Both the position numbers and the translations under genes were made by a program. A stretch of 64,000 bases of DNA from Streptosporangiaceae bacterium (GTDB lineage Bacteria > Actinomycetota > Actinomycetes > Streptosporangiales > Streptosporangiaceae). This document shows, piece by piece, positions 1-7,106 of the stretch. The notes beneath the pieces are model-generated. The model searched no databases. It was not told the origin of the DNA and was given only the letters and a program-made list of their open reading frames with translations. The DNA lies in assembly GCA_052143255.1 (NCBI GenBank), contig JBKQTJ010000129.1, forward strand, positions 210 to 64,209, written 5' to 3'. Position 1 is the first letter of the stretch, and the number at the start of each line of letters is the position of its first letter.

Positions 1-621
1 TAGCCGCCGGCCTGTCGCCTTGCTGCGCATCATCCGGCCGGTGACCTTGGCGGTTGTCCAGATGGCACGCCAGTGGCTGGTCCCCAGGCTTAGCCAGCGG
101 TAGTTCGCCTGGGTGACGGTGATGCCGGCCGGGGCGGGCAGATAGGGCGGGTTGAGGCTGGCCAGTTCCGGGCCGAGCACGCGTCCGTCGAGCAGGCCCG
201 GCTCTACCGACCGGCCCCGGGCGATGCCGCCCGGTGCCTCAGGGTAGTAGTCGGCGTAGCCGGGTACCCAGTCGAGCCGGACCGGCGTGCTCGCCAGCAC
301 CAGGTCCAGCATCGCCGGCCCGTGGGCGAGGAAGGCCTCCCGCATGCTGTCGGGCACCTCCTCGCCCGCGACGTGCGCCAGGTAGGCGCGGGCCCGCTCG
401 GGGCTATCGGAGATGCCGGCCTTGCGCAGCCGGGAGTTCCCGGGAATCCAGACGCCCCCGCCGGAGCGGGCGGTCGAGCCGCCGTAGTACTCGGTCTTTT
501 CCACCACTACGGTGCGCAGCCCGGACAGGGCCGCGGTGAGCGCGGCGGTCATCCCGGCTGCCCCACTGCCGACGACGACAAGATCGAACTCGGGCTCCGC
601 CGTGCTCGGGTTAGCCGCCAT
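1..621 (-). CDS. kstD: 3-ketosteroid delta1-dehydrogenase, N-terminal 207 codons (3-prime part lies left of the window)
   Basis: Absent from the ORF track because it is open at the window edge. My minus-strand translation from ATG 621-619 reads MAANPSTAEPEFDLVVVGSGAAGMTAALTAALSGLRTVVVEKTEYYGGSTARSGGGVWIPGNS... This shows the FAD GxGxxG fold and the GG-TA-SGG-W-P block of KstD-type flavoproteins. A GGAGGG RBS sits at 625-630 (minus) and a KstR box lies 66 nt upstream. Confidence 0.7.
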   Translation of the reverse strand, partial: MAANPSTAEPEFDLVVVGSGAAGMTAALTAALSGLRTVVVEKTEYYGGSTARSGGGVWIPGNSRLRKAGISDSPERARAYLAHVAGEEVPDSMREAFLAHGPAMLDLVLASTPVRLDWVPGYADYYPEAPGGIARGRSVEPGLLDGRVLGPELASLNPPYLPAPAGITVTQANYRWLSLGTSHWRAIWTTAKVTGRMMRSKATGRRL

Positions 622-686
622 CAGCCCTCCGCCATCAGTGTGCCGTCAGCCAGACGCGACGCCGGCGCTGGCTATCCCGTCCATGG

Positions 687-700
687 TAGAACACGTTACA
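687..700. promoter_or_regulatory. KstR-type operator in the kstD / flavoprotein divergent promoter
   Basis: TAGAACACGTTACA fits the remembered KstR consensus TnnAACnnGTTnnA at every constrained position. The identical 14-mer recurs at 25971-25984. Confidence 0.7.
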
Positions 701-707
701 GTTTTGG

Positions 708-797
708 CCAGGTGCCGTTCAGCCAGGTGCTGGTAGCCAAACCGCTGGCCAGCCAGCCGCTGGTCGGCCAACCCGTGGCCGGCCAGGCCTGATCTGG
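708..797. repeat. Degenerate 15-bp tandem array (six units) in an intergenic region
   Basis: Consecutive units all start with CCA: ccaggtgccgttcag, ccaggtgctggtag, ccaaaccgctggccag, ccagccgctggtcgg, ccaacccgtggccgg, ccaggcctgatctgg. In the frame of the 833 gene there is a stop at 734-736 and no start codon afterwards, so the array is non-coding. Confidence 0.6.
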
Positions 798-832
798 CTA
801 GCTGCTCGCCCAGAACCGCAAGGAGATCCGCG

Positions 833-2455
833 ATGCCCCCGACATGGGATATGGAGGCTGATGTCGTCGTGGTGGGCTTCGGCGCCGCCGGCGCGTGCGC
901 GGCCCTGGAGGCAACGGCGGCGGGCGCTAGCGTGCTGGTACTCGACCGGTTCGCCGGCGGCGGCGCGACGGCGCTGTCAGGCGGCGTGGTTTACGCGGGC
1001 GGCGGCACGCCCCAGCAGCGCGAGGCAGGCGTCGACGACTCGGTTGCTGCGATGGTTAGCTACCTCGGTGTTGAGGTCGGCGACGCGGTGTCCGCGGCGA
1101 CCCTGCAGAGTTTCTGTGCGGGCAGCGCGGCGATGATCAGCTGGCTCGCGGGCCACGGTGTGCCATTCGAGGGCAGCCTGTGCCCGGACAAGACCTCGTA
1201 CCCGACCAACAAGCATTACCTCTACTACTCGGGCAGCGAGCAGTCCTTCGGCCAGCTTGCCGAGCCGGCCCCGCGCGGGCACCGGGCGGTCGGGAAAGGT
1301 ACCTCGGGAAAGGTGCTCTACGCCCGGTTGGCCCGGGCGGTCCGGTCGGCCGGCGTGCGAGTGGTGCCGCAGAGCCGGGCGGTCCGGCTGGTCATTTCCG
1401 ACGATGGCCGCGTCAGCGGGGTGGAGTGCCAGAGCCTGCGGTCCGCTCCCGGCTGGGCGCGGGTGGCCCACCAGACCCTCAGCCACCTGGGCCGCAAGCC
1501 GTACCTGTATGGGGGTGGCCTGGGCCGCCGGTGGTACCGGCCAGTGACGTGGCTCGAGCAGCGCTATGCCAGGTCGCTGCGGGTGGAGGCACACCGGGGG
1601 GTGGTCCTGTCGGCCGGCGGATTCGTTGCCAACAGGGCCATGATGCGTGAGCACGCGCCCGCCTTCCGCGGCGGGCTTGCGCTCGGCACTATCGGCGATG
1701 ACGGCAGCGGCATCCAGCTCGGTGTGGCGGCCGGAGGCGCGACCAGGTTCCTTGACCGGGTCTCCTGCTGGCGATTCATCACGCCGCCGACGGCATTCAT
1801 GCGCGGGGTCCTGGTGGACGAGGCGGGCCAGCGAGTCTGTGATGAGTCCCGGTACGGCGCCGCGATCGGCGAGGCCATGGTGCTGCGACACGGCCGGCGC
1901 GCATGGCTGCTGCTCGACCAGCCCCTGATCAGCAAGTCCTGGCGGCAGCTGCCCGGCAGCACGCTCTGGTTCCAGCTGCTTCAGGCCGTTTACCTGCTGA
2001 CCAGAGCACGAGTGAAGGCGGGCTCACTAGCGGCCGTGGCCGCCAAGGCAGGAGTCGATCCGGACGGCCTGGCCGCTACCGTGGCCGCGTACAACGGCGC
2101 GGCCGCTGACGGCCGGCCCGATCCGGCCGGGAAGCCGCCCGATGTGGTGCAGGCGATCAGCCGCGCGCCGTACTCGCTGATCGACTTGTCGGTTCGTCCC
2201 CGGCCCGCCTACCCAGCGCCCATGCTGACCCTAGGCGGCCTCGTCGTGGACGAAGTCTCCGGTGCAGTGCTTCGCGCCGACGGCTCGCCAGTGCCCGGCC
2301 TGCATGCGGCCGGGCGCACCGCGATCGGGCTGTGCTCGCGCTCCTACGTCAGCGGACTGTCACTGGCCGACTGCGTGTTCTCCGGCCGTCGCGCGGGACG
2401 GCACGCGGCAGCCAGCCAGCCCGTAACGGAAGGCGGCCGAGTTGGCGGCGACTGA
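833..2455 (+). CDS. FAD-binding dehydrogenase of the KstD / fumarate-reductase flavoprotein family (possibly a second ketosteroid dehydrogenase)
   Basis: 540 aa with DVVVVGFGAAGACAALEA ... GGGATALSGGVVYAGGGT near the N-terminus. An AAGGAG RBS lies 7 nt upstream, and the gene is downstream of a KstR box. The specific substrate is a guess. Confidence 0.8.
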   Translation: MPPTWDMEADVVVVGFGAAGACAALEATAAGASVLVLDRFAGGGATALSGGVVYAGGGTPQQREAGVDDSVAAMVSYLGVEVGDAVSAATLQSFCAGSAAMISWLAGHGVPFEGSLCPDKTSYPTNKHYLYYSGSEQSFGQLAEPAPRGHRAVGKGTSGKVLYARLARAVRSAGVRVVPQSRAVRLVISDDGRVSGVECQSLRSAPGWARVAHQTLSHLGRKPYLYGGGLGRRWYRPVTWLEQRYARSLRVEAHRGVVLSAGGFVANRAMMREHAPAFRGGLALGTIGDDGSGIQLGVAAGGATRFLDRVSCWRFITPPTAFMRGVLVDEAGQRVCDESRYGAAIGEAMVLRHGRRAWLLLDQPLISKSWRQLPGSTLWFQLLQAVYLLTRARVKAGSLAAVAAKAGVDPDGLAATVAAYNGAAADGRPDPAGKPPDVVQAISRAPYSLIDLSVRPRPAYPAPMLTLGGLVVDEVSGAVLRADGSPVPGLHAAGRTAIGLCSRSYVSGLSLADCVFSGRRAGRHAAASQPVTEGGRVGGD

Positions 2456-3095
2456 GTGGAGCCCGAGCGACGAACGGCGCGAGCTAGGCGAGGCGTTGCG
2501 GCGCCTGCTTGATGTGGTGGTCCGGACCGGCGCCAGTCCGGCCGACCTGAAAGCAGCGGTGGCCACGGTCGAGGAGCTGACCGCTAGCCTGGCCGACCCG
2601 ACAGTGCAGGCCGACATGTCAGTCCGTCGGGACTCTTATCGTGCCCACATGAGCCTGGTCGGCGGGCTGTCGCACCCTATCGCGCCACAGCTGGCCATGG
2701 CGCTCGCCGGGGACAGCGGGACCGGCGAGGTCGTCGTCGGGCCGCTGTTCCAGGGTGGTCCAGGGCTTGTGCACGGCGGCGTCATCGCGCTGCTGATTGA
2801 CCACGCGATGGGCTGCGTGGCGGCCAGGCCCGAGCGGCCCGCGATGACCGTCAGGCTGGCCATCCGGTACCGCCGTCCGACGCCGCTCGGCGTGCCGCTG
2901 ACGGTGTCGGCCACGCTCGACCGGATCGAGGGACGCAAGCTGCACCTGTCGGGCACGATCATCGCGGCGGGCGAGGTCACGGTCGAGGCCGATGCGATCT
3001 TCCTGACCCTTACTAGCGAGAACATGGAGAACGTGTTCAGCTGGGGAGACACCGCCGGACGACCCTCCGCCGACCCTTCTGCCGCGGCTGACTGA
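2442..3095 (+). CDS. PaaI/4HBT-type hotdog-fold thioesterase
   Basis: 217 aa with the motif GLVHGGVIALLIDHAMG. The TTG start overlaps the upstream stop (2453-2455), so the start is uncertain. Confidence 0.7.
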   Translation: MAATEWSPSDERRELGEALRRLLDVVVRTGASPADLKAAVATVEELTASLADPTVQADMSVRRDSYRAHMSLVGGLSHPIAPQLAMALAGDSGTGEVVVGPLFQGGPGLVHGGVIALLIDHAMGCVAARPERPAMTVRLAIRYRRPTPLGVPLTVSATLDRIEGRKLHLSGTIIAAGEVTVEADAIFLTLTSENMENVFSWGDTAGRPSADPSAAAD

Positions 3096-3103
3096 CTCAA
3101 GGA

Positions 3104-3973
3104 GTGCTCGTGCGCTACGGCGTTGTCCTGTTCACCAGCGACCGCGGCATCACCCCGGCGCGCGCCGCGCGAGCCGCGGAGGCGGCCGGCTTCGACTGCT
3201 TCTACGTGCCCGAGCACACTCACATCCCGGTGCGGCGCGAGGCCCCGCATCCGCGGACGGGTACCAGCGAGCTCCCCGACGACCGGTACATGCGCACGCT
3301 CGACCCGTGGGTGTCGCTGAGCATGGCGGCCGCGGTTACATCGACGATCAGGCTCGGCACCGCAGTCGCGCTGCCCGCTGAGCACGATCCGATCACGCTG
3401 GCCAAGACCATTGCCTCGCTGGATCACCTGTCCGGCGGCCGGGTCGTGCTCGGGGCCGGATTCGGCTGGAACACTGACGAGATCGCCGACCATGGCGTCC
3501 CGGCGGGCCGCCGCCGCACGGTGCTGCGGGAGTATCTCGAGGCAATGCAGGCCCTGTGGTCGCAGCAGGAGGCCAGCTATGACGGCGAGTTCGCCAGCTT
3601 CGGCGCATCCTGGGCCTGGCCCAAGCCCGTGCAGCAGCCGCGGATACCCATCGTGCTCGGGGCCGGCGGGACCGCTAAGACGTTCGCCTGGATCGCCAGG
3701 TCGGCGGACGGCTGGCTGACCGTGCCCGGCGAGGCAGATCTTGAGGTGAAGATAGGTCAGCTGCACCAGGCCTGGCAGGAAGCTGGCCGGGCCGGCCTGC
3801 CGCAGGTGCGGGTGCTCGCCGGTAAGCCGGACCCGGCCGTGCTCGCGAACTGGGCCGCTATCGGGGTGACCGATGTCGCGTTCGGCATGCCGGACCGCAC
3901 GGCCGACGAGGTCGTCGCTTATCTCGAAAGGCTGGCCGCAAAGCTCGGCCTGACGCCGGTTCCGGCCGCCTGA
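3104..3973 (+). CDS. Luciferase-like monooxygenase (LLM) class oxidoreductase, probably F420-dependent
   Basis: 289 aa. It has a TIM-barrel LLM pattern (FDCFYVPEHTHIP, LGAGFGWNTDE, PRIPIVLGAGG). An AAGGAG RBS lies just upstream of the GTG at 3104/3110. Confidence 0.65.
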   Translation: MLVRYGVVLFTSDRGITPARAARAAEAAGFDCFYVPEHTHIPVRREAPHPRTGTSELPDDRYMRTLDPWVSLSMAAAVTSTIRLGTAVALPAEHDPITLAKTIASLDHLSGGRVVLGAGFGWNTDEIADHGVPAGRRRTVLREYLEAMQALWSQQEASYDGEFASFGASWAWPKPVQQPRIPIVLGAGGTAKTFAWIARSADGWLTVPGEADLEVKIGQLHQAWQEAGRAGLPQVRVLAGKPDPAVLANWAAIGVTDVAFGMPDRTADEVVAYLERLAAKLGLTPVPAA

Positions 3974-4074
3974 CATCGGCGGTGGGCGAGCCCGTACGCC
4001 CCGGCCACGGCACCCGCGCGGCTGGGGCACGGCAGCCTGCGTGCCGCCTTCGGGCGAGATGAAGGCGACGTGTG

Positions 4075-4340
4075 GCGGTCTGGGCGCGTGTTCTGCTGGT
4101 CGGTGTAGTGGCGCAAGGGCGTGATGGGGGACCGCCGACCGAGTCAGCGAAGTGGAGCTGGACCACAGCCGTTTGGCCTGCCTGTAGTGCGGCCGCCTCC
4201 CGCGGAAACTCGTGCTGGCGCCGGCGCGCGGATGCGCCCTTGAGGCTGTCGGCGAGCCGGGAGATCGCTACTGCCGGCGGCCAATCCACGAGCAGGTGAA
4301 CCTGCTCGCGTTCTCTGTAGAACTGGGCCAGCTCGGCGCC
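4075..4340 (-). pseudogene. tnpA: IS200-type Y1 transposase TnpA fragment (N-terminus missing, frameshifted)
   Basis: Minus-strand translation gives GAELAQFYREREQVHLLVDWPPAVAISRLADSLKGASARRRQHEFP. The continuation is split over three frames: HYRQAKRLWSSS, then HFADSVGGPP, then ITPLRHYTDQQNTRP. This matches the HUH...LKG.S.R...YW...LWS.SYFA.SVGG.P...YIE.Q layout. The first His of the HUH motif is Q, and about 60 N-terminal codons are absent. Confidence 0.7.
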
Positions 4341-4344
4341 GGAG

Positions 4345-5697
4345 TTGTCAGTGGCATTCGATACTGTGATCGAAACAGGGACTTGCAGCCGGGAGATGGT
4401 GAGACAGATGAGCGAGTTGCAGGTGAACGCCGGAGGCCGGCCGGATGTGCTGGACGGGGCGCAGGTGATCCCGACTAGGAAGGCTGCCCGTGTCCATCTC
4501 AGGTATAAGTTCCGCCTCTACCCTGGGCCTGGTCAGCGTACGGCGCTGGCGAGGGCGTTCGGCTGCGCCCGGGTAGTGTTCAATGGCGGGCTGCGCGCCC
4601 GGCAGCAGGCGCATGAGGCCGGGCTGCCGTACATCTCCGACGGTGCGCTGTCGGCGCGGCTGACCGCGGCGAAAGCGACCGCTGAGCGGGCGTGGCTGGG
4701 CGAGGTCAGTGCGGTGGTGCTGCAGCAGGCGCTGGCGGACCTGAACACTGCCTACCGGAACTTCTTCGCCTCGGCGACCGGGAAGCGCGCCGGGCCGAAG
4801 GTCGGGCCGCCCCGCTTCCGGTCCCGCAAGGACCGGCGGCAGGCCATCCGGTTCACCGCCAACGCCCGCTTTGGGGTGCTGCCGAACGGGAAGCTGCGCC
4901 TTCCGAAGATCGGGGATGTGCCGGTGCGGTGGTCACGCCCGCTGCCATCGCAGCCATCGTCGGTCACCGTCATCAATGACTCAGCCGGGCGGTACTTCGC
5001 CAGCTTCGTCGTCGAAACCGAACCGACCGCACTGCCTGCAGCCGGCCCGGTTACGGGCGTCGACCTGGGGCTCACCCACTTCGCGGTGCTCTCCGACGGG
5101 CGCAAGATCACCGCTCCGCAGTTCCTGCGCCGGGCGGAGACCAAGCTCAAGCGGGCGCAGCGATCGCTGTCCCGCAAGCAGAAGGGCAGCAGCAACCGGG
5201 ACAAGGCCAGGGTCAAAGTCGCACGTGCGCACGCGCGGGTGGCTGACGCGCGGCGCGACTTCCACCATCAGCTTTCCACGGCGCTGATCCGCGACAACCA
5301 AGCGGTCGCGGTGGAAAACCTGGCAGTGACCGCGCTCGCCCGCACCCGCCTGGCCAAGTCCGTCCACGACGCCGGATGGTCGGCGTTCACGGCGATGCTG
5401 GAGTACAAGGCCCGGCTCTACGGCCGGGAGTTCCACCGCATCGGCCGGTACGAGCCCACCTCCCGGGTGTGCTCGGCGTGAGGGGCCAACGACGGCCCCA
5501 AGCCGCTACACGTCCGCACCTGGCAATGCCAGGCGTGCGGGGCGTGGCTGGACCGGGATGTGAACGCGGCGGTCAACGTCGCCAAGACCGCCGGACTGGC
5601 GGTGTCAGCCTGTGGAGCGCAGGTAAGACCGGGAGCGATCCCGGCGCAGCGCAGCGAAGCAGGAACCCACCCGAAGTCACGCCAGGAAGCGGCGTGA
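4345..5697 (+). pseudogene. tnpB: RNA-guided endonuclease TnpB (IS605 OrfB) with one in-frame TGA at 5479-5481
   Basis: N-terminal motif HLRYKFRLYPGPGQRTALARAFGCARVVFN. RuvC candidates are GVDLGLTHF, AVAVENLAV and DRDVNAAVNV. The same frame continues through the TGA as SRVCSA*GANDGPKPLHVRTWQCQACGAWLDRDVNAA to a TGA at 5695-5697. The true start could be 4345, 4408, 4447 or 4465. Confidence 0.8.
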
Positions 5698-5738
5698 CAG
5701 GCGGGAATCTCCGCCCTCCAAGGCGGAGTGGAGGTCAA
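5560..5738 (+). ncRNA. Candidate omega RNA (reRNA) scaffold of the TnpB element
   Basis: By analogy with characterised TnpB systems, the scaffold overlaps the tnpB 3-prime end and the right end. A terminal stem-loop lies at 5709-5728. The 5-prime limit is a guess. Confidence 0.3.
5709..5728 (+). other. IS right-end subterminal hairpin
   Basis: CTCCGCC-ctccaa-GGCGGAG forms a perfect 7-bp stem, followed by tggagg and then TCAA (5735-5738). Confidence 0.6.
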
Positions 5739-6799
5739 TCGTAGCTGACGCTCACCTCGGGCGTGAGCGCCACGGACTGGCAGGCCAGGATGTAACCGTC
5801 GGCGAGGTCAGCGTCCTGAAGCACCTCGTTATTGGCCATCTCCACCTTGCCGTCGGTCAGCTGGCACGCGCAGGCGCCGCAGATGCCCTCCCGGCAGGAA
5901 TATGGCGGGTCGAGGTCGGCATCGACCAGCACGTCCAGCATGCGGATGCCGGACGGCCAGTCCAGCGAGCGCGTCCGCCCGTCCAGCGTGACCGCCAGCG
6001 TCGCCGCGACACCGCCCGCGACCGGCGCTGGCTCATCGAAGGGATTGTGCTGAAGGGACAGGAACCGCTCGACCCGCACGCCGCGCGGCGGCACCCCGAC
6101 CGCGCTCGCCGCGTCCCGGACTACCGACAGGAACGCATCGGGCCCGCTGGCAAAAATCTGGTAGCCGGCGAACGGGCGGATCAGCGGCGTGAGCCCGTCG
6201 GCTGTCGGCACCCCCTGCAGCACGTCCAGCCAGTGCACGACCAGCAGCCTGGCGCCGGCCGTGGCACCAATTTCTCGCAGCGCATCGCGAAAGATGACCG
6301 ATCGCTCGTCCCTGTTGGCGTAGATGACCGCGAGCCGGCCGCGGCCAGCCAGCAGCGCGGACTTCAGAATGGACATCACCGGGGTGATGCCGCTGCCAGC
6401 GGCCAGCAGCAGGAGGTCGGCGTCCAGCGACGACGGGGTGAACTGGCCAGCCGGCGGCAGCACGTCCAGCATCGTGCCCGGCCGTACGTTGTCAGCGATC
6501 CAGTGCGACGCGTAACCGCCAGCGGTCTGCTTCACGGTTACCGTCAAGGCGTCACCGGCGTGGGGCGAACTGCACAGCGAGTAGCAGCGCGCCACCGAGC
6601 CGTCGCGGTCACTCGGTATCCGTAGCGTCAGGAACTGGCCTGGTAGATAGGTGAAGGCGCGGCCAAGCTCCGGCGGCACGTCGAAGACCAGGGAGCACGC
6701 TTCCTCGGTCTCCGCGACCACCGCTGCGACCCGGAGCCGGTGGAAGGCGCGGTCGCCCGGTCCAGTCACGGTCGGGCCAGTCACGGTCGGGCCAGTCAC
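5735..6799 (-). CDS. kshB: 3-ketosteroid 9alpha-hydroxylase reductase component
   Basis: FNR-type motifs RCYSLCSSP and LLLLAAGSGITPVMS, plus a C-terminal plant-type 2Fe-2S motif CREGICGACACQL...LACQ. I chose the GTG at 6799-6797 because it overlaps the TGA of the upstream small ORF (GTGA). Two further in-frame GTGs lie at 6784 and 6769. Confidence 0.9.
   Translation of the reverse strand: MTGPTVTGPTVTGPGDRAFHRLRVAAVVAETEEACSLVFDVPPELGRAFTYLPGQFLTLRIPSDRDGSVARCYSLCSSPHAGDALTVTVKQTAGGYASHWIADNVRPGTMLDVLPPAGQFTPSSLDADLLLLAAGSGITPVMSILKSALLAGRGRLAVIYANRDERSVIFRDALREIGATAGARLLVVHWLDVLQGVPTADGLTPLIRPFAGYQIFASGPDAFLSVVRDAASAVGVPPRGVRVERFLSLQHNPFDEPAPVAGGVAATLAVTLDGRTRSLDWPSGIRMLDVLVDADLDPPYSCREGICGACACQLTDGKVEMANNEVLQDADLADGYILACQSVALTPEVSVSYD
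6755..6799 (-). repeat. 15-bp in-frame tandem repeat (about 3 units) at the kshB 5-prime end
   Basis: The unit ggtcgggccagtcac is perfect at 6770-6784 and 6785-6799. The 6755-6769 copy matches 12 of 15 positions. The repeat encodes VTGPT-VTGPT-VTGPG, and each unit carries a GTG. Confidence 0.85.
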
Positions 6800-7104
6800 G
6801 GGGGCGCCACCGGAAGTCGTCCGTCCAGCGCTGCCCGCTCGACGCTGGCCCGCATCGCGCCGCAGCGTTCGATCAACGCAGTCTGCTCTCCGGCCGCCGC
6901 GCGGCGGGCGAATTCCGCGCAGCGGCGCACCGCCGCGGCGTCCCATTGCACGCTGGTGTGCTGCACGCTGAACTTCGCCGCCAGCACGACCGCTCCGCAC
7001 TCGGCGCACGCCACCTCGCAGTAGCGGGCGCGCCGCTCATCCGGCCTGGCCGCGCCATCCGGCAGCGGCAGCCAGTCGCCGGACAGCCGGGCGACTTCAG
7101 CCAT
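6796..7104 (-). CDS. Small Cys-rich protein of unknown function (102 aa) between kshA and kshB
   Basis: Sequence: MAEVARLSGDWLPLPDGAARPDERRARYCEVACAECGAVVLAAKFSVQHTSVQWDAAAVRRCAEFARRAAAGEQTALIERCGAMRASVERAALDGRLPVAPP. The ATG at 7104 is 2 nt after the kshA stop, and its TGA overlaps the kshB GTG. Third-codon positions are strongly G/C. Confidence 0.6.
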   Translation of the reverse strand: MAEVARLSGDWLPLPDGAARPDERRARYCEVACAECGAVVLAAKFSVQHTSVQWDAAAVRRCAEFARRAAAGEQTALIERCGAMRASVERAALDGRLPVAPP

Positions 7105-7106
7105 CC

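Larger units (their letters stand above)
3975..5738 (+). mobile_element. IS200/IS605-family element remnant (divergent tnpA fragment and tnpB)
   Basis: It contains a decayed Y1-transposase fragment, a TnpB ORF and a subterminal hairpin followed by TCAA at 5735-5738. The left boundary is not determined; a structured region lies at 4026-4058. Confidence 0.75.

Noticed and set aside
2636-4030. 464-aa ORF on the minus strand
   Set aside because: It is antisense to the thioesterase and LLM genes. It has no motifs and an Arg/Pro-rich composition.
4345-4407. First 21 codons of the tnpB track ORF (MSVAFDTVIETGTCSREMVRQ)
   Set aside because: The TnpB family N-terminus normally starts a few residues before the YKFRLYP motif, so these codons are probably 5-prime UTR. 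I kept them in the feature range only because the true start cannot be fixed by eye.
5479-5481. TGA in tnpB as a selenocysteine codon
   Set aside because: The position is a structural zinc ligand rather than a redox site. I saw no convincing stem-loop immediately 3-prime, and transposon genes are not known selenoproteins. A nonsense mutation or sequencing error is far more likely.
6800-7009. Upstream extension of the kshB ORF to 424 aa
   Set aside because: The extension is Arg/Gly-rich. It overlaps the better-supported small Cys-rich ORF, and homology to FNR-type reductases begins after the repeat.
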